Origin: Promethearchaeota archaeon
GTDB lineage: Archaea > Asgardarchaeota > Lokiarchaeia > Sigyniarchaeales > SOKP01
NCBI GenBank assembly: GCA_029838195.1
Contig: JALGVJ010000006.1
Coordinates: 1-64,000, forward strand
Direction of reading: 5' to 3'
DNA length: 64,000 bases
Under the pieces are notes generated by a model that ran no database searches, was not told the origin of the DNA, and worked only from the letters and a program-made list of their open reading frames with translations. This document shows positions 19,737-29,520 of this stretch, one piece after another; within the stretch, counting starts at the first letter, position 1; the number at the start of each line of letters is the position of its first letter. Made by a program: the position numbers and the translations under genes.

Positions 19737-20984
19737 TTGTTAAAACCCATGTTCTTTACAGAAGAGCAAATGCAAAGAATCCGTTTCTTGCATTTTAAAA
19801 TTAAACATCTTGAAACTGCCTTGGAAAAACCCGAGGAAACCTTTAGCCTTGACGATTTGAACCTCATTTTAGAATATACCATGATTTTAAATATAAATTA
19901 CCAAAATCACAGTCATAAACAAATATTAAAAGAATTGAATATTACTTCTCATTTTCATGATCCCGTGGAGAATAAAGATATAGAGATCTCGGACTTAATT
20001 TTTGAATGTGCACGAGTCTTATGGGTCTTGGCAAGAGCTTATTCTCAACTTTCCGAACAATATGAGGAACAAGAAGAATGGGATAATGCTATCATTGCAT
20101 TAGTAGAGGCGAGCAAGTATTTAAAAACTGCGGCATATTTCAGTGCGGCAGCAATATACCAAACGGAAAAAGGAAATGTCTTAAATCCTGAAGAACTAGA
20201 ATTAAGTTCTGAACAAGCAAGAATAGATGCGCAAGGAATGGCCGCTCTAAAAGAAGAATCCTTGGATAATTCTAAATATTTCGCGTCAAAATTATATGCG
20301 GGATTGAGCGCTTTATCTAAGCGCCTATTTTATTTAAGAAAGCATGAAGAGAAAAAAAAACAACAAATCAGAGCCCAATTTCACTATGATATGGGAAAAG
20401 CGTGTTATTTGAAAGCTAAAGCATCCATTGAATCTTCTATCATTAATATTAACAAGGAAAAAGTAGAAAAGCTACAAAATAAAGCTCATTGGTATTTTAA
20501 TAAGGCAAGAGAAATCTGGAGTTCCATGCTGACCAATTTAAAGGAGCTAACAGAGGAGGAGAAAGAAATCATTCAACATAATCTTGAAATCGTGGAAGAG
20601 ATAATAGAACAATACAACAAGCCCGTACTAGAATATGAGGAAATCAAAAAAATTCAAGATCCCGAACCCATTATCATCGTTCCTGAAAATTTGGCTCCTT
20701 TTGTCCCAAAATCGACGGTCTATCTCACGAAATTCGTGCCAAAAGATTTAAATATTAAACGGTTTAAGAAATTTCAATCAAAAAAACTTGAGAAAAAAAT
20801 ACCCTATAGTAAAAAAGAAAAACTATTGGATAAAAAAGCAGCAATCGTGAGGACCATTAATGAAATAAAAGCATTAAAGGAAAACAATGAAATAGATCTT
20901 CAAAAATTTGCTCAAATGATGGAAAAATATTCCACTAAACTACAAATGATCGATACGGCGTTAGAGAAACTCAGTAAAGAATGA
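19737..20984 (+). CDS. Hypothetical alpha-helical (TPR-like) protein
   Basis: 415-aa ORF, helical composition, no recognised catalytic motif. Confidence 0.65.
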   Translation: MLKPMFFTEEQMQRIRFLHFKIKHLETALEKPEETFSLDDLNLILEYTMILNINYQNHSHKQILKELNITSHFHDPVENKDIEISDLIFECARVLWVLARAYSQLSEQYEEQEEWDNAIIALVEASKYLKTAAYFSAAAIYQTEKGNVLNPEELELSSEQARIDAQGMAALKEESLDNSKYFASKLYAGLSALSKRLFYLRKHEEKKKQQIRAQFHYDMGKACYLKAKASIESSIININKEKVEKLQNKAHWYFNKAREIWSSMLTNLKELTEEEKEIIQHNLEIVEEIIEQYNKPVLEYEEIKKIQDPEPIIIVPENLAPFVPKSTVYLTKFVPKDLNIKRFKKFQSKKLEKKIPYSKKEKLLDKKAAIVRTINEIKALKENNEIDLQKFAQMMEKYSTKLQMIDTALEKLSKE

Positions 20985-21004
20985 AAGGTCCAAAGAATGA
21001 AGTG

Positions 21005-21544
21005 TCATTGATATAAATCTTCTCTTTTTGCTTTCCCATATCTCTGACGATTTTTTTCCAGCTCGTATTTTCTTTCTTGTTCTTCTTGAAAAACGAGATC
21101 ATGGACTTCTTTAAAAACCAACCCTAAAAGGGAGATCTCCATGATAATGATGAGTGCGAGCATCATTTTTTCAAGCTCATGTAATTGGCGAAAAAATAAT
21201 AAGAATAAAAAAACCACGTGAGGTAAATAAATGCAAGATACAATACCTATCCTTTTTCCATACCTAATGAGATGCTTATCCTCCAAAACAAATATATTCT
21301 TAAAAATTCTTGCTTCCATGATATAATATGCGCAAAAGATTAAATTAATGGAACAAAGAATGAGAATGAAGGTCAAATCTTCCGGTTCTAATGCAATATA
21401 TGGCTTTATGATGTACGATCCGAGCATGAAGGTTAAGGAAAAAACAAAAAGTACAAAACTAAGAGAAATCAATCCTTGATAATAATCTCGAAAATCCACC
21501 ATGACGAGTTTGAAAAAATACGGGGTAATTATTTCTAATTCCAA
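21005..21544 (-). CDS. Hypothetical 4-TM membrane protein
   Basis: Four hydrophobic segments. Confidence 0.65.
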   Translation of the reverse strand: MELEIITPYFFKLVMVDFRDYYQGLISLSFVLFVFSLTFMLGSYIIKPYIALEPEDLTFILILCSINLIFCAYYIMEARIFKNIFVLEDKHLIRYGKRIGIVSCIYLPHVVFLFLLFFRQLHELEKMMLALIIIMEISLLGLVFKEVHDLVFQEEQERKYELEKNRQRYGKAKREDLYQ

Positions 21545-21700
21545 TTAATAAATATAGTAATTTTCTTAATTAATATACTTTAATTTTTCTTTTAAAGAAT
21601 AATGCGAGATATTTTTAATCTTTCATGATGGGAAGCCAAGGATTAAATTCTTGGAAAAATTAAATTTACTTAAAAGGTCGCAAAAATTAAGGTAAATATT

Positions 21701-21964
21701 ATGAGTGAAACTCTACCATTGTTGATGTATATTAAAAACATGTTAGCAGATCTCATCTATATAAATTCGGTCATTGCGCTGGAATTACTTAAAATCACGG
21801 AGAACACGGCGGCCTTGAGAAGAGGAGAAGACTTTTTTAATAATAGTGCTTGTAAATCAGAGCATGAAGAAATTACCACGAGGATCATGGAACTATTAAA
21901 AAAATATAAAAATCAAACTCAAGAATATCAATCTTTAAAACATCATTTTATTAACCACGAGTAA
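21701..21964 (+). CDS. Small hypothetical protein
   Basis: 87-aa ORF with AAGGT upstream. Confidence 0.65.
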   Translation: MSETLPLLMYIKNMLADLIYINSVIALELLKITENTAALRRGEDFFNNSACKSEHEEITTRIMELLKKYKNQTQEYQSLKHHFINHE

Positions 21965-22080
21965 TTCATGATGTTTTATTTGAAAAAGAAAGAACATATC
22001 TTTTTATTATTTTTCATGAATGAGTTCATTTTCATACTCGCTCTCTAAATATTTAATATAATGATCACGTGAAAAATAAG

Positions 22081-22500
22081 ATGAAGGAAGAAAATAGTGA
22101 AAAAAAAATAGATGAACTTGTAAAGCAATTAAAAAAGAAAATAATTGAAAAAGAAATTGAAGATTTTAACGAGTATATCGTAAATTTATATCATGAGCCC
22201 ATAAATTGGGGGTCATTGGAAGGAGAAGACCTAACGGTGAAATAAACTTGTAAAAATTCTCGAGGGAATTTCATAATCTATTATTTAAAAATTGAGAATG
22301 ATGTGATAAAAAAAGCCAGGTTCATTACTGATGGATGTGGTGCGATGATAGCCGTTGCAAGTCAGACCATTATGATGATTGAAGGAAAAACCATAAAAGA
22401 ATCTGAAATTTTAACAGCTGATCAACCTTTCTTAATTTTATAATGGCAGGGATTCAAAAAGAAAATCATGATATTCCCATTCTCGAAGATAATTACGTTT
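22081..22500 (+). pseudogene. Decayed duplicate of iscU plus the 5' end of the downstream hydrolase
   Basis: KEIEDFNEYIVNLYHEP...TAA(22243-45)...KKARFITDGCGA; 22443 onward nearly repeats the start of gene 23430. Confidence 0.85.
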
Positions 22501-22958
22501 GAACAATTGAAAGACATCATCAAGGCAGGATACGTTTCCATCGGTGATTATATTTATCCCGGATATAAATCTTTCAGAATTCAGAGGACATTAAATATTA
22601 ATTCTACACTACAGACCATTTTCAAGCCATTTCAATTGAATTTTGATTATTTTGATATAACCCTTCTACCCACAAGTGAAAATAAAAACTAAGGACGAAA
22701 TTAATGAAGAGATGGAATTAAAGAAAAAAACGGAGGATGGATAAAAAAGAATTTAATACGGTTCAAATCTTCATAACGGGGTTGTAAATTTGAGCAAAAA
22801 TTTAAATCTAAACCTCAATTATATTTATCAACTTTCGAAGTTGAGTTTATAATAAATTTACAAATTGAGAATTAACAAATTAATCATTTGTTTTATTTTG
22901 AATAATAAATTTTTGTCAGATATACTCTAAACTTTACTTTGATTCATTAAAAAAAGAT

Positions 22959-23411
22959 GTGTTAACCTTGTCGGAAGAAAATTTTGATAAAAAATTTGAT
23001 GAATTCGTACAAAATTTACAAAATGAAATCTTAGCTAAAGAAATCGAAGATTATAATGAGTATATTGTTAAATTGTATCATGACCCAAAATATTGGGGTA
23101 CTATTGAAAATGATTTCGTAATAAAAGAGGCTTATAGGGGGCCTTGCGGCGATCAAATGACTTATTTTTTACAAATTGAGGATAATATGATTAAGAAGGC
23201 AAGATTTACTACAGATGGCTGTGGAGCTACGGTGGCTGCAGGTAATCAAACAATGATGATGATAGAGGGGAAATCGATAAATGAAGCGGAAAAATTAACT
23301 GCTGAGGATATTGATACTGCTTTACGCGGATTACCCGCAAGTCATAAACATTGTGCGGAACTTGCAATTTGTACTTTAAAAAGGGCAATTGAAAAGTATA
23401 AAAAGAAATAA
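22959..23411 (+). CDS. iscU: Fe-S cluster scaffold IscU/NifU-N
   Basis: GPCGD, TDGCGAT, LRGLP..HKHCA. Confidence 0.9.
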   Translation: MLTLSEENFDKKFDEFVQNLQNEILAKEIEDYNEYIVKLYHDPKYWGTIENDFVIKEAYRGPCGDQMTYFLQIEDNMIKKARFTTDGCGATVAAGNQTMMMIEGKSINEAEKLTAEDIDTALRGLPASHKHCAELAICTLKRAIEKYKKK

Positions 23412-23429
23412 ACGTTTCATTTTTTTATC

Positions 23430-24149
23430 ATGGAGGCCATTCAAAAAGAAGATCATGATATTCCCATTCCCGAAGACAACATTCAACTTAAAAGCTCGAT
23501 TTATTATACGAGTACTACTCCTTCTAAAACACCTTTCATCATTAACATGGCAGGATTGTTAGATCATCGAGAAAGTTATTTTGTTAAATATTACACCGAA
23601 AAATTCGTAGATGCTGGGTATCATGTTTTAGCGTATGATTATCGCGCTCATGGAGAAACTAAAAAGCAAACAGGATCCCGATGGGATAAAATGGTTACTA
23701 AAATCTTTTCAGATATCCACGTGGTCATCGATTGGCTTCTTGAAACCCAAAAATATCGACTTTTAGAGGATAAAATTGCTTTATTTGGACGAAGCTTGGG
23801 GGGGGCCATCATTCTAACGGAGGGATTCATCGATGAGAGGATTAAAAAATTGATTGCTTTATGCACGCGTTACGATTATCATACGACTCAAGTTAAATTT
23901 GCTGAGGAGGTTATAGAAAAAATAAGTCCAAAATATTTCATCAAGAATAAACCGGAGAATAACAAGAGAATATTCATAGCTCATTGTAAAGACGATCCAA
24001 GAATTCCTTATAGCAATTTTGTTCAGATAAAAGAACACTTGGGCTTAAATGATGAAAATGCGATTACGTTTGAAACGGGAGGGCATTCTTTTAAGGGGCA
24101 TCGAGATGAATTATTTGAAAAGGTTTTAGAGTTTTTAAAAGATTTTTGA
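23430..24149 (+). CDS. Alpha/beta hydrolase
   Basis: YDYRAHGET, GRSLGG, HCKDD, GGHSF. Confidence 0.88.
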   Translation: MEAIQKEDHDIPIPEDNIQLKSSIYYTSTTPSKTPFIINMAGLLDHRESYFVKYYTEKFVDAGYHVLAYDYRAHGETKKQTGSRWDKMVTKIFSDIHVVIDWLLETQKYRLLEDKIALFGRSLGGAIILTEGFIDERIKKLIALCTRYDYHTTQVKFAEEVIEKISPKYFIKNKPENNKRIFIAHCKDDPRIPYSNFVQIKEHLGLNDENAITFETGGHSFKGHRDELFEKVLEFLKDF

Positions 24150-24200
24150 AATCAATTAAAGATTCTGTTTTATCTAAAAGAATAATATAGAGGGGCTTTT

Positions 24201-25106
24201 ATGGAAAAAATAATTATTGTGGGACCGGCTTCTCAAATTTTAGGAGTACGAATTGCTCAAGAATTAGGTATAAAAAGCATTAATACAGAAACAAAATCAT
24301 TTCCCGATGGAGAAACCTATCTTAGAATAAATATTGAAGACGAAACTTTAATTCAAGATAAGGAAATAATTATTGTTCAATCAACCGGTCCTGAAGCTAA
24401 TAGCAATCAAAATGCTCGCTTATTCGAATTATTCATGATGATTAATGCGGTAAAACGCATGGGAGCATCAAAAATCAGTGTTATCATCCCCTATCTTGCA
24501 TATGCTCGGCAAGATAAAATTTTTCGCCCAGGTGAGTCCAAGTTCGCAGAAGTTCTTTTAGGATTCATTGATGCTTTGGGAATTGATGAGTTATACGTGG
24601 TGGATTTACATGCACCCCAGGTGTTAGAGTCATTGCAATGTAGTAAGGTGATCAATATCGACTCGATGAAAATTTTAGCCGATTATCTTCTATCCTTGGG
24701 TTTAGAGGACATAGTAGTAGTAGCGCCTGATAAGGGCGCAATTGAAAGATCTGCGATGTTTGCGAGACATTTTGGAGAGGACGTGCCCGTAGAGGTCTTC
24801 GAGAAACATCGTGATGTTAAAACAGGAGAGATCACCATGTCGGGGAAATTGAGTTTAAAAAATAAAGATGTGGTGATTGCGGATGATATCATAGCTACTG
24901 GCGGTACCATGGCAAATGCCATAAAGTTGGTTAAGGACAGCGGGGCCAGAAAGATTTATGCCGTGGCAACACATGGATTATTATTACAACAAGCTAAATA
25001 TCGTATCTTGAATGCTGGAGCCGATGATATAATCACTACGGATTCCCTCAATAATGAAACAAGTAAAGTTAGCTTGGTAAAAGCGATTATAGATTATCTA
25101 AAATGA
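24201..25106 (+). CDS. prs: Ribose-phosphate pyrophosphokinase
   Basis: FPDGE, PYLAYARQDK, VDLH, APDKGA, DDIIATGGT. Confidence 0.97.
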   Translation: MEKIIIVGPASQILGVRIAQELGIKSINTETKSFPDGETYLRINIEDETLIQDKEIIIVQSTGPEANSNQNARLFELFMMINAVKRMGASKISVIIPYLAYARQDKIFRPGESKFAEVLLGFIDALGIDELYVVDLHAPQVLESLQCSKVINIDSMKILADYLLSLGLEDIVVVAPDKGAIERSAMFARHFGEDVPVEVFEKHRDVKTGEITMSGKLSLKNKDVVIADDIIATGGTMANAIKLVKDSGARKIYAVATHGLLLQQAKYRILNAGADDIITTDSLNNETSKVSLVKAIIDYLK

Positions 25107-25138
25107 AAAATACGTTCATTTAGGATAAAAAATGAGAT

Positions 25139-25681
25139 TTAATAATTCTTTATTATTGTTATTACAAGTTTGCGTGTTTTTTTTTTTAATTCTTCAATAG
25201 TAGAATTATTATAGATTTTATAATCCGAATTTTCAATTACTTCTTTTAAACCAAATCCAATCTCTCTTCTATCCCTAATTTTTAATTCTTCCAGAGATTT
25301 TGGATCATCATCACGTTCTCTTTCCATCAACCTCTTGAGGCGTAATTTCTCATCAGCAATGATGGCAATGATGGGAAATTTCCAAAATTGTCGGAATATC
25401 TTAACTTCAGAGAGGGAACGTATTCCATCTACAAAGATGATTTCTACTTCTTGCTTTTTAATGAGTTCCACGCATTTCCTTGCAATAATATCATGTCCGT
25501 GTTTTATTCTCAATTCTCTAGCGATTTTTCCCAGATTTTCCGCAGTAGGCGGGAGATTTCGTTTTTTGGCTTCATTTCGTATTACATCTCCCATTGTAAT
25601 GATTAATCCTAAGTCCTTCACTGCTTCGATTGCCGTTGACTTTCCTGCACCAGGTAATCCACAAAGAGAGAGCACCTTCAT
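25139..25681 (-). CDS. P-loop nucleotide kinase (UPF0200 / dephospho-CoA kinase-like)
   Basis: GLPGAGKS, MGDVIR, VDGIRSLSEV, RDRREIGFG. Confidence 0.85.
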   Translation of the reverse strand: MKVLSLCGLPGAGKSTAIEAVKDLGLIITMGDVIRNEAKKRNLPPTAENLGKIARELRIKHGHDIIARKCVELIKKQEVEIIFVDGIRSLSEVKIFRQFWKFPIIAIIADEKLRLKRLMERERDDDPKSLEELKIRDRREIGFGLKEVIENSDYKIYNNSTIEELKKKTRKLVITIIKNY

Positions 25682-25907
25682 GCTAATTCCTCATCAGAAA
25701 AACTTTTTATTTTAAATAATTGATATTTGCTGTTTAATTTGTAAAAAAGAGATTAGAATTTATTTTTTATTTTATGAAGAACTAAAGTTTAATTACCATC
25801 ATAAATTAATGACATATAAAGATTTCTTCAAATAATTTAAATTGAAAGAATAATATTTATTCAATTAACACTAATCTTCTTTTAATTAAATTTCGGGAGA
25901 CTCCTCC

Positions 25908-26216
25908 ATGACTAACCAACATACACTATATATTAAAGATCGGAGAGATAAAGAAAGAATTATAAAAGATGCGATTTTTTCTTTAACGGGCGCTAAAAAG
26001 AGCGTGTTAATTAAGGGAGAAGGAAAAGAGATTTCCACTGCCGTTGAAGTGGCAGAAATATTAAAACATCGCATGTATCCGAGCATTGAAATTGCAAATA
26101 TTACTCTTGGAAGCCGCCCTTTCTATGAATACAATAGGAGAAACCGTAATAAACAAAAAAATCATAAAAATATTATTTCTAAAATTGAGATTACTTTAAG
26201 AACAAAAACCATATAA
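25908..26216 (+). CDS. albA: Divergent Alba DNA/RNA-binding protein
   Basis: VLIKGEGKEISTAVEVAEIL...ITLGS...ISKIEITL. Confidence 0.75.
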   Translation: MTNQHTLYIKDRRDKERIIKDAIFSLTGAKKSVLIKGEGKEISTAVEVAEILKHRMYPSIEIANITLGSRPFYEYNRRNRNKQKNHKNIISKIEITLRTKTI

Positions 26217-26223
26217 TGAAAAC

Positions 26224-26394
26224 ATGTCAATTAATTTTCCAAATTTAGGACCTTTATTAGGAGAACAGAGAACTCCCGCAGTATGCGAAGCATGTGGATC
26301 TTACATTTGGAAGCAAATATATTATTGCAAAGAAAAGCCAGAAAAGCAAAAAGTAGTATTCGTATGTAAAACTTGTTTACAGAATAAGAAATAA
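26224..26394 (+). CDS. 56-aa zinc-finger protein (not in ORF track)
   Basis: MSINFPNLGPLLGEQRTPAVCEACGSYIWKQIYYCKEKPEKQKVVFVCKTCLQNKK; 7 bp after Alba. Confidence 0.7.
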   Translation: MSINFPNLGPLLGEQRTPAVCEACGSYIWKQIYYCKEKPEKQKVVFVCKTCLQNKK

Positions 26395-26455
26395 CTTTAC
26401 TGCTGGAGTCATATTTCAACGATTTTTAGTAATTTTAGAAGCGTGAGGTATCATC

Positions 26456-26483
26456 TCAATTCAATTTTTATTAATTGAATTGA
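26456..26483. repeat. Perfect 11-bp inverted repeat (terminator or operator candidate)
   Basis: TCAATTCAATT-tttatt-AATTGAATTGA. Confidence 0.5.
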
Positions 26484-26725
26484 TGAAAATCTCAATTTTT
26501 TTTTATTTCATGAATCAAATTGGAATATAGAGAATCTCATTATTTAGCCTCATACCCGAGAAGATCTTTACCTCTAATCTAAGGAGGAAAAAAATGCTTG
26601 AAAAATTGCCTTGTATCACGTATTATGATCTTGGTTTTATCATTTTAACTATTTCCTTGATTCTTCTTTAGAAATCCATTAAATAATTCCAAGATGGTGA
26701 ACCCTTCCCTCATGAAATTATAATT

Positions 26726-27550
26726 TTATTCTTCCTTATTCAAGCCTTTTTTCTCCATCCGTTCTTTGATATATTCATTCCAATTAAATGCCATGATAAA
26801 AAACATCACGGTGAGGGTAATCAAAATTAAGAGAGCTTCTAAAATGATACTGGAAGTATCATCCATGATTAATCCCTCTAATTGAAAGCCTAGATAGATG
26901 AAAATGGGCCAGCAAAGATAAAAAATAATGGTCATGGTTTTTCCCAACCATCCAGGAATAAGGCATTTCCAAAAGGGGTATTTAATTAAGCCTAATGGGA
27001 TGAACAATAAATCGTCAGGAAGGGGAGTTAAGGCAAATAAAAAGACATAGAGAGGAATTCTTTTCTGATGGTTTAATATTAATTTTCCAAACCCATCTAA
27101 ATTAAGAAAAAGGTCTGAACTTGTTCTTTCAATGATTTTCTTTCCTCCAAATCCCATTAAATAACCTGAAATCTCTCCTAAAGCACTTCCCATCCCTCCC
27201 ACAAAAGATAAAATTAATATCTCGGCCCAAAATTGAGGATTTTCAATAATTTCAGTGAATAAAAATCCTCTATTCAGAAATTTAAAAATAATCGAATTAG
27301 ATAGCGTGAATAATACGACAGGAAAAGGAATGGGGAATCCAATGCTGGCGCTTCCGAGAAAACAAATTATGAAAGTGATGAAAAGGGCCCACCAATAATA
27401 ACTTGGCTTTTCAAGAGTAGAAATCAAGCTTGCGCGCGTGGAAAGAATAAATTGATTCACTGAGGGTACATATAAAAAAAGCAGTAAATAAAGGATGGTG
27501 AGGGAATAAAAGATTAGAAAGGCGAGAACTAGATTTTTTTGTATGGACAT
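26726..27550 (-). CDS. VTT/DedA (SNARE-associated) membrane protein
   Basis: GSALGEISGYLMG, LFALTPLPDDLLFIPLGL. Confidence 0.85.
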   Translation of the reverse strand: MSIQKNLVLAFLIFYSLTILYLLLFLYVPSVNQFILSTRASLISTLEKPSYYWWALFITFIICFLGSASIGFPIPFPVVLFTLSNSIIFKFLNRGFLFTEIIENPQFWAEILILSFVGGMGSALGEISGYLMGFGGKKIIERTSSDLFLNLDGFGKLILNHQKRIPLYVFLFALTPLPDDLLFIPLGLIKYPFWKCLIPGWLGKTMTIIFYLCWPIFIYLGFQLEGLIMDDTSSIILEALLILITLTVMFFIMAFNWNEYIKERMEKKGLNKEE

Positions 27551-27566
27551 TAATTATAACCTAATA

Positions 27567-27959
27567 TTATTTATCTAATGAAATCTTGGTATTGAGTCCA
27601 TTGATAGCTTTTAAGAACAGCGAGAGATCATCTTGGATTTTTCCAATAATATTAACTTTATCTGGCATTTTTGAAGCTTCAATGCAAAAAATGAGCTCAT
27701 CAGACTTGGGGTAATAGACAATTTCACCGGCCTTCACTTGCGTTCTAGCAGTTTTGGAATTTAATCCCTTGCGAATTCCAATACCCGGCAGGCTCCAATA
27801 TTTTTTAGAGCCAAAACTAAATCGGCCCCGAAGTACCAAGGGTAAACGGTTTAATAAGGCATCAGCAGAAAGGGGGGCGAGATGTCGGATCACGTGCCCT
27901 TTTAGAGTACCAATTCCAAATAAGGTGATTAAAATTGGGATTTTTCCTTTATCTTCCAT
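27567..27959 (-). CDS. Cyclophilin-like fold protein (DUF369 type)
   Basis: RHLAPLS...LPL, GEIVYYP, VNIIGKI. Confidence 0.75.
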   Translation of the reverse strand: MEDKGKIPILITLFGIGTLKGHVIRHLAPLSADALLNRLPLVLRGRFSFGSKKYWSLPGIGIRKGLNSKTARTQVKAGEIVYYPKSDELIFCIEASKMPDKVNIIGKIQDDLSLFLKAINGLNTKISLDK

Positions 27960-28109
27960 TTTTTAAATAAGTTCTATTTTCCATCAAGTATATATTAATA
28001 AAGATAACGATGTTAAATAATTTGTCAAATGGAATTAAAAGGTTATAAAATCACACGAGATTTTGGGTTCTTTTATCGTTAATAATTCATGATCCTAAGA
28101 TTTAAATAG

Positions 28110-28570
28110 GCATTTTTCCATATTAAGAATGGAGAATAGTGTTTAATCATTGGTTTTGATTTCATTAATCGTTCAATTAATTCGGGTTTGCCTGGATGAT
28201 TTCAAACATGTTTTATTATTCGTGTTTGCATTCCTTTTTTTGCCATTTCCGACCTTAACTCCTCATCATGATAGTTTCAGTTTCTTAGAAAAAAAGATGG
28301 AGATAACCCATAATACCCGACAATTTAAAAATTCCACGGTACGTGAAATATATTTCCATTTTTTTCTCCCACCTCAGCTATAGATCTTGGATCGGGTTTG
28401 ATACGCAGTATTCCTGTTCAGGTAAGGTTTATCTTGGTTAATGGTGAGTTCGATGAGTAATTAAAAGTGCTTATGGTATAATGTAATTGAGCTATTGACC
28501 CGAGCCGAATATCTTTAAAATTGCTTTTTGCTTCCATCGATTTTTATAAATCGTGGAACTCCATGAGGAC
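28110..28570 (-). pseudogene. Heavily decayed GT4 glycosyltransferase remnant
   Basis: Ordered fragments PHGVP, TGILRIKPDPRSIAEV, HDEELRSEMAKKG, broken by stops and deletions. Confidence 0.4.
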
Positions 28571-28593
28571 AAAGCTTTTTCTTTTAAATACCA

Positions 28594-29520
28594 CTATTCT
28601 CCACTATTTTTATCCTTTTTCATCTTATTTATATACTCTTTTTCAACCAAGTCAACGTCAACGGAAGAATCAATATCGTGAAAATTGAGGGAATGATCTA
28701 CTTTTTTTAAGATAAACCGTGCATTTTTTGTCTGTATCAAGAAATTCAACAGGTCTTTCAATGTATTTTTCTTAAAATGCTCACGTAATGCGGAAATTTG
28801 ATTTAGGAATTGGGAACCGAAAACAATTATTGGGATTAATTGATAAATATTTTGTTCGGAGGAATATTTCATGAGTTCTTGAGGATGCATGGTATTTATT
28901 TTCTTTAGAAATTCAAGATTCCTTTCCCTTGTTATTTCAATGATAGAAATTGTTTTTGATGAACTAATATCCTCCGAAATGAAAGCTTGATGATTTATTG
29001 GAAGGGAAATTTGTCTATAAAACAGTAGTGGATACTTCTTCAATATTTCGTTCTCCCTCTTAATAATATTCATGACGTGTTCAATCAATGCCCGATCAAA
29101 AATCGTATCTCCCGGAATGAGAATATAATTAGCATCTTTTTTAATAGAGCTTGATCGAGTGAAAATTGAATAAAAAGAATAGAGAGGGCCTTTTTTATAA
29201 AATGGGCTCGCATCAATTATCGTAATTTTTTCTTTCAAGAATCGTTTTTTTGAAATAAAAGCATCGATAAAATGAGTGATTTCATGCCCAAGATACCCAA
29301 TAATGATGATAAAACTCTCAATTCCTTGTTCATAGAAGGATTCAATTAAAACTTGAAGAATGGGACGGTTTCCAAGAGCCTTTAATTTTAAAAGCGTTTT
29401 TGGTAATTTTCCAGAAAGTTGAGCAAAACGTTTTCCTTCTCCTGCAGAGAGAATGATTAAAGTAAAGGTTTTTAAAACAGATTTATTGCGTAGTGACAAT
29501 AGTATTTCCATCCTTGTCAA
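28594..29520 (-). CDS. Nucleotidyltransferase (NTP_transferase family)
   Basis: LIILSAGEGKRF, PKTLL, PGD, FHDID; overlaps the end of map. Confidence 0.75.
   Translation of the reverse strand: MTRMEILLSLRNKSVLKTFTLIILSAGEGKRFAQLSGKLPKTLLKLKALGNRPILQVLIESFYEQGIESFIIIIGYLGHEITHFIDAFISKKRFLKEKITIIDASPFYKKGPLYSFYSIFTRSSSIKKDANYILIPGDTIFDRALIEHVMNIIKRENEILKKYPLLFYRQISLPINHQAFISEDISSSKTISIIEITRERNLEFLKKINTMHPQELMKYSSEQNIYQLIPIIVFGSQFLNQISALREHFKKNTLKDLLNFLIQTKNARFILKKVDHSLNFHDIDSSVDVDLVEKEYINKMKKDKNSGE

Noticed and set aside
22081-22443. Selenocysteine or pyrrolysine readthrough in the iscU copy
   Set aside because: Interrupting codon is TAA and Cys ligands are lost
22468-22692. 74-aa ORF as a real gene
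   Set aside because: Begins out of frame within duplicated hydrolase sequence; probably debris
22755-22800. tRNA suggested by GGTTCAAATC
   Set aside because: AT-rich context; no acceptor stem or cloverleaf
26224-26394. Apparent frameshift in the small Zn-finger gene
   Set aside because: Re-reading shows a continuous 57-codon frame
26231-26419. 62-aa minus-strand ORF
   Set aside because: Antisense shadow of the Zn-finger gene
28150-28383. 77-aa plus-strand ORF
   Set aside because: Antisense to the GT4-like relic; no motif
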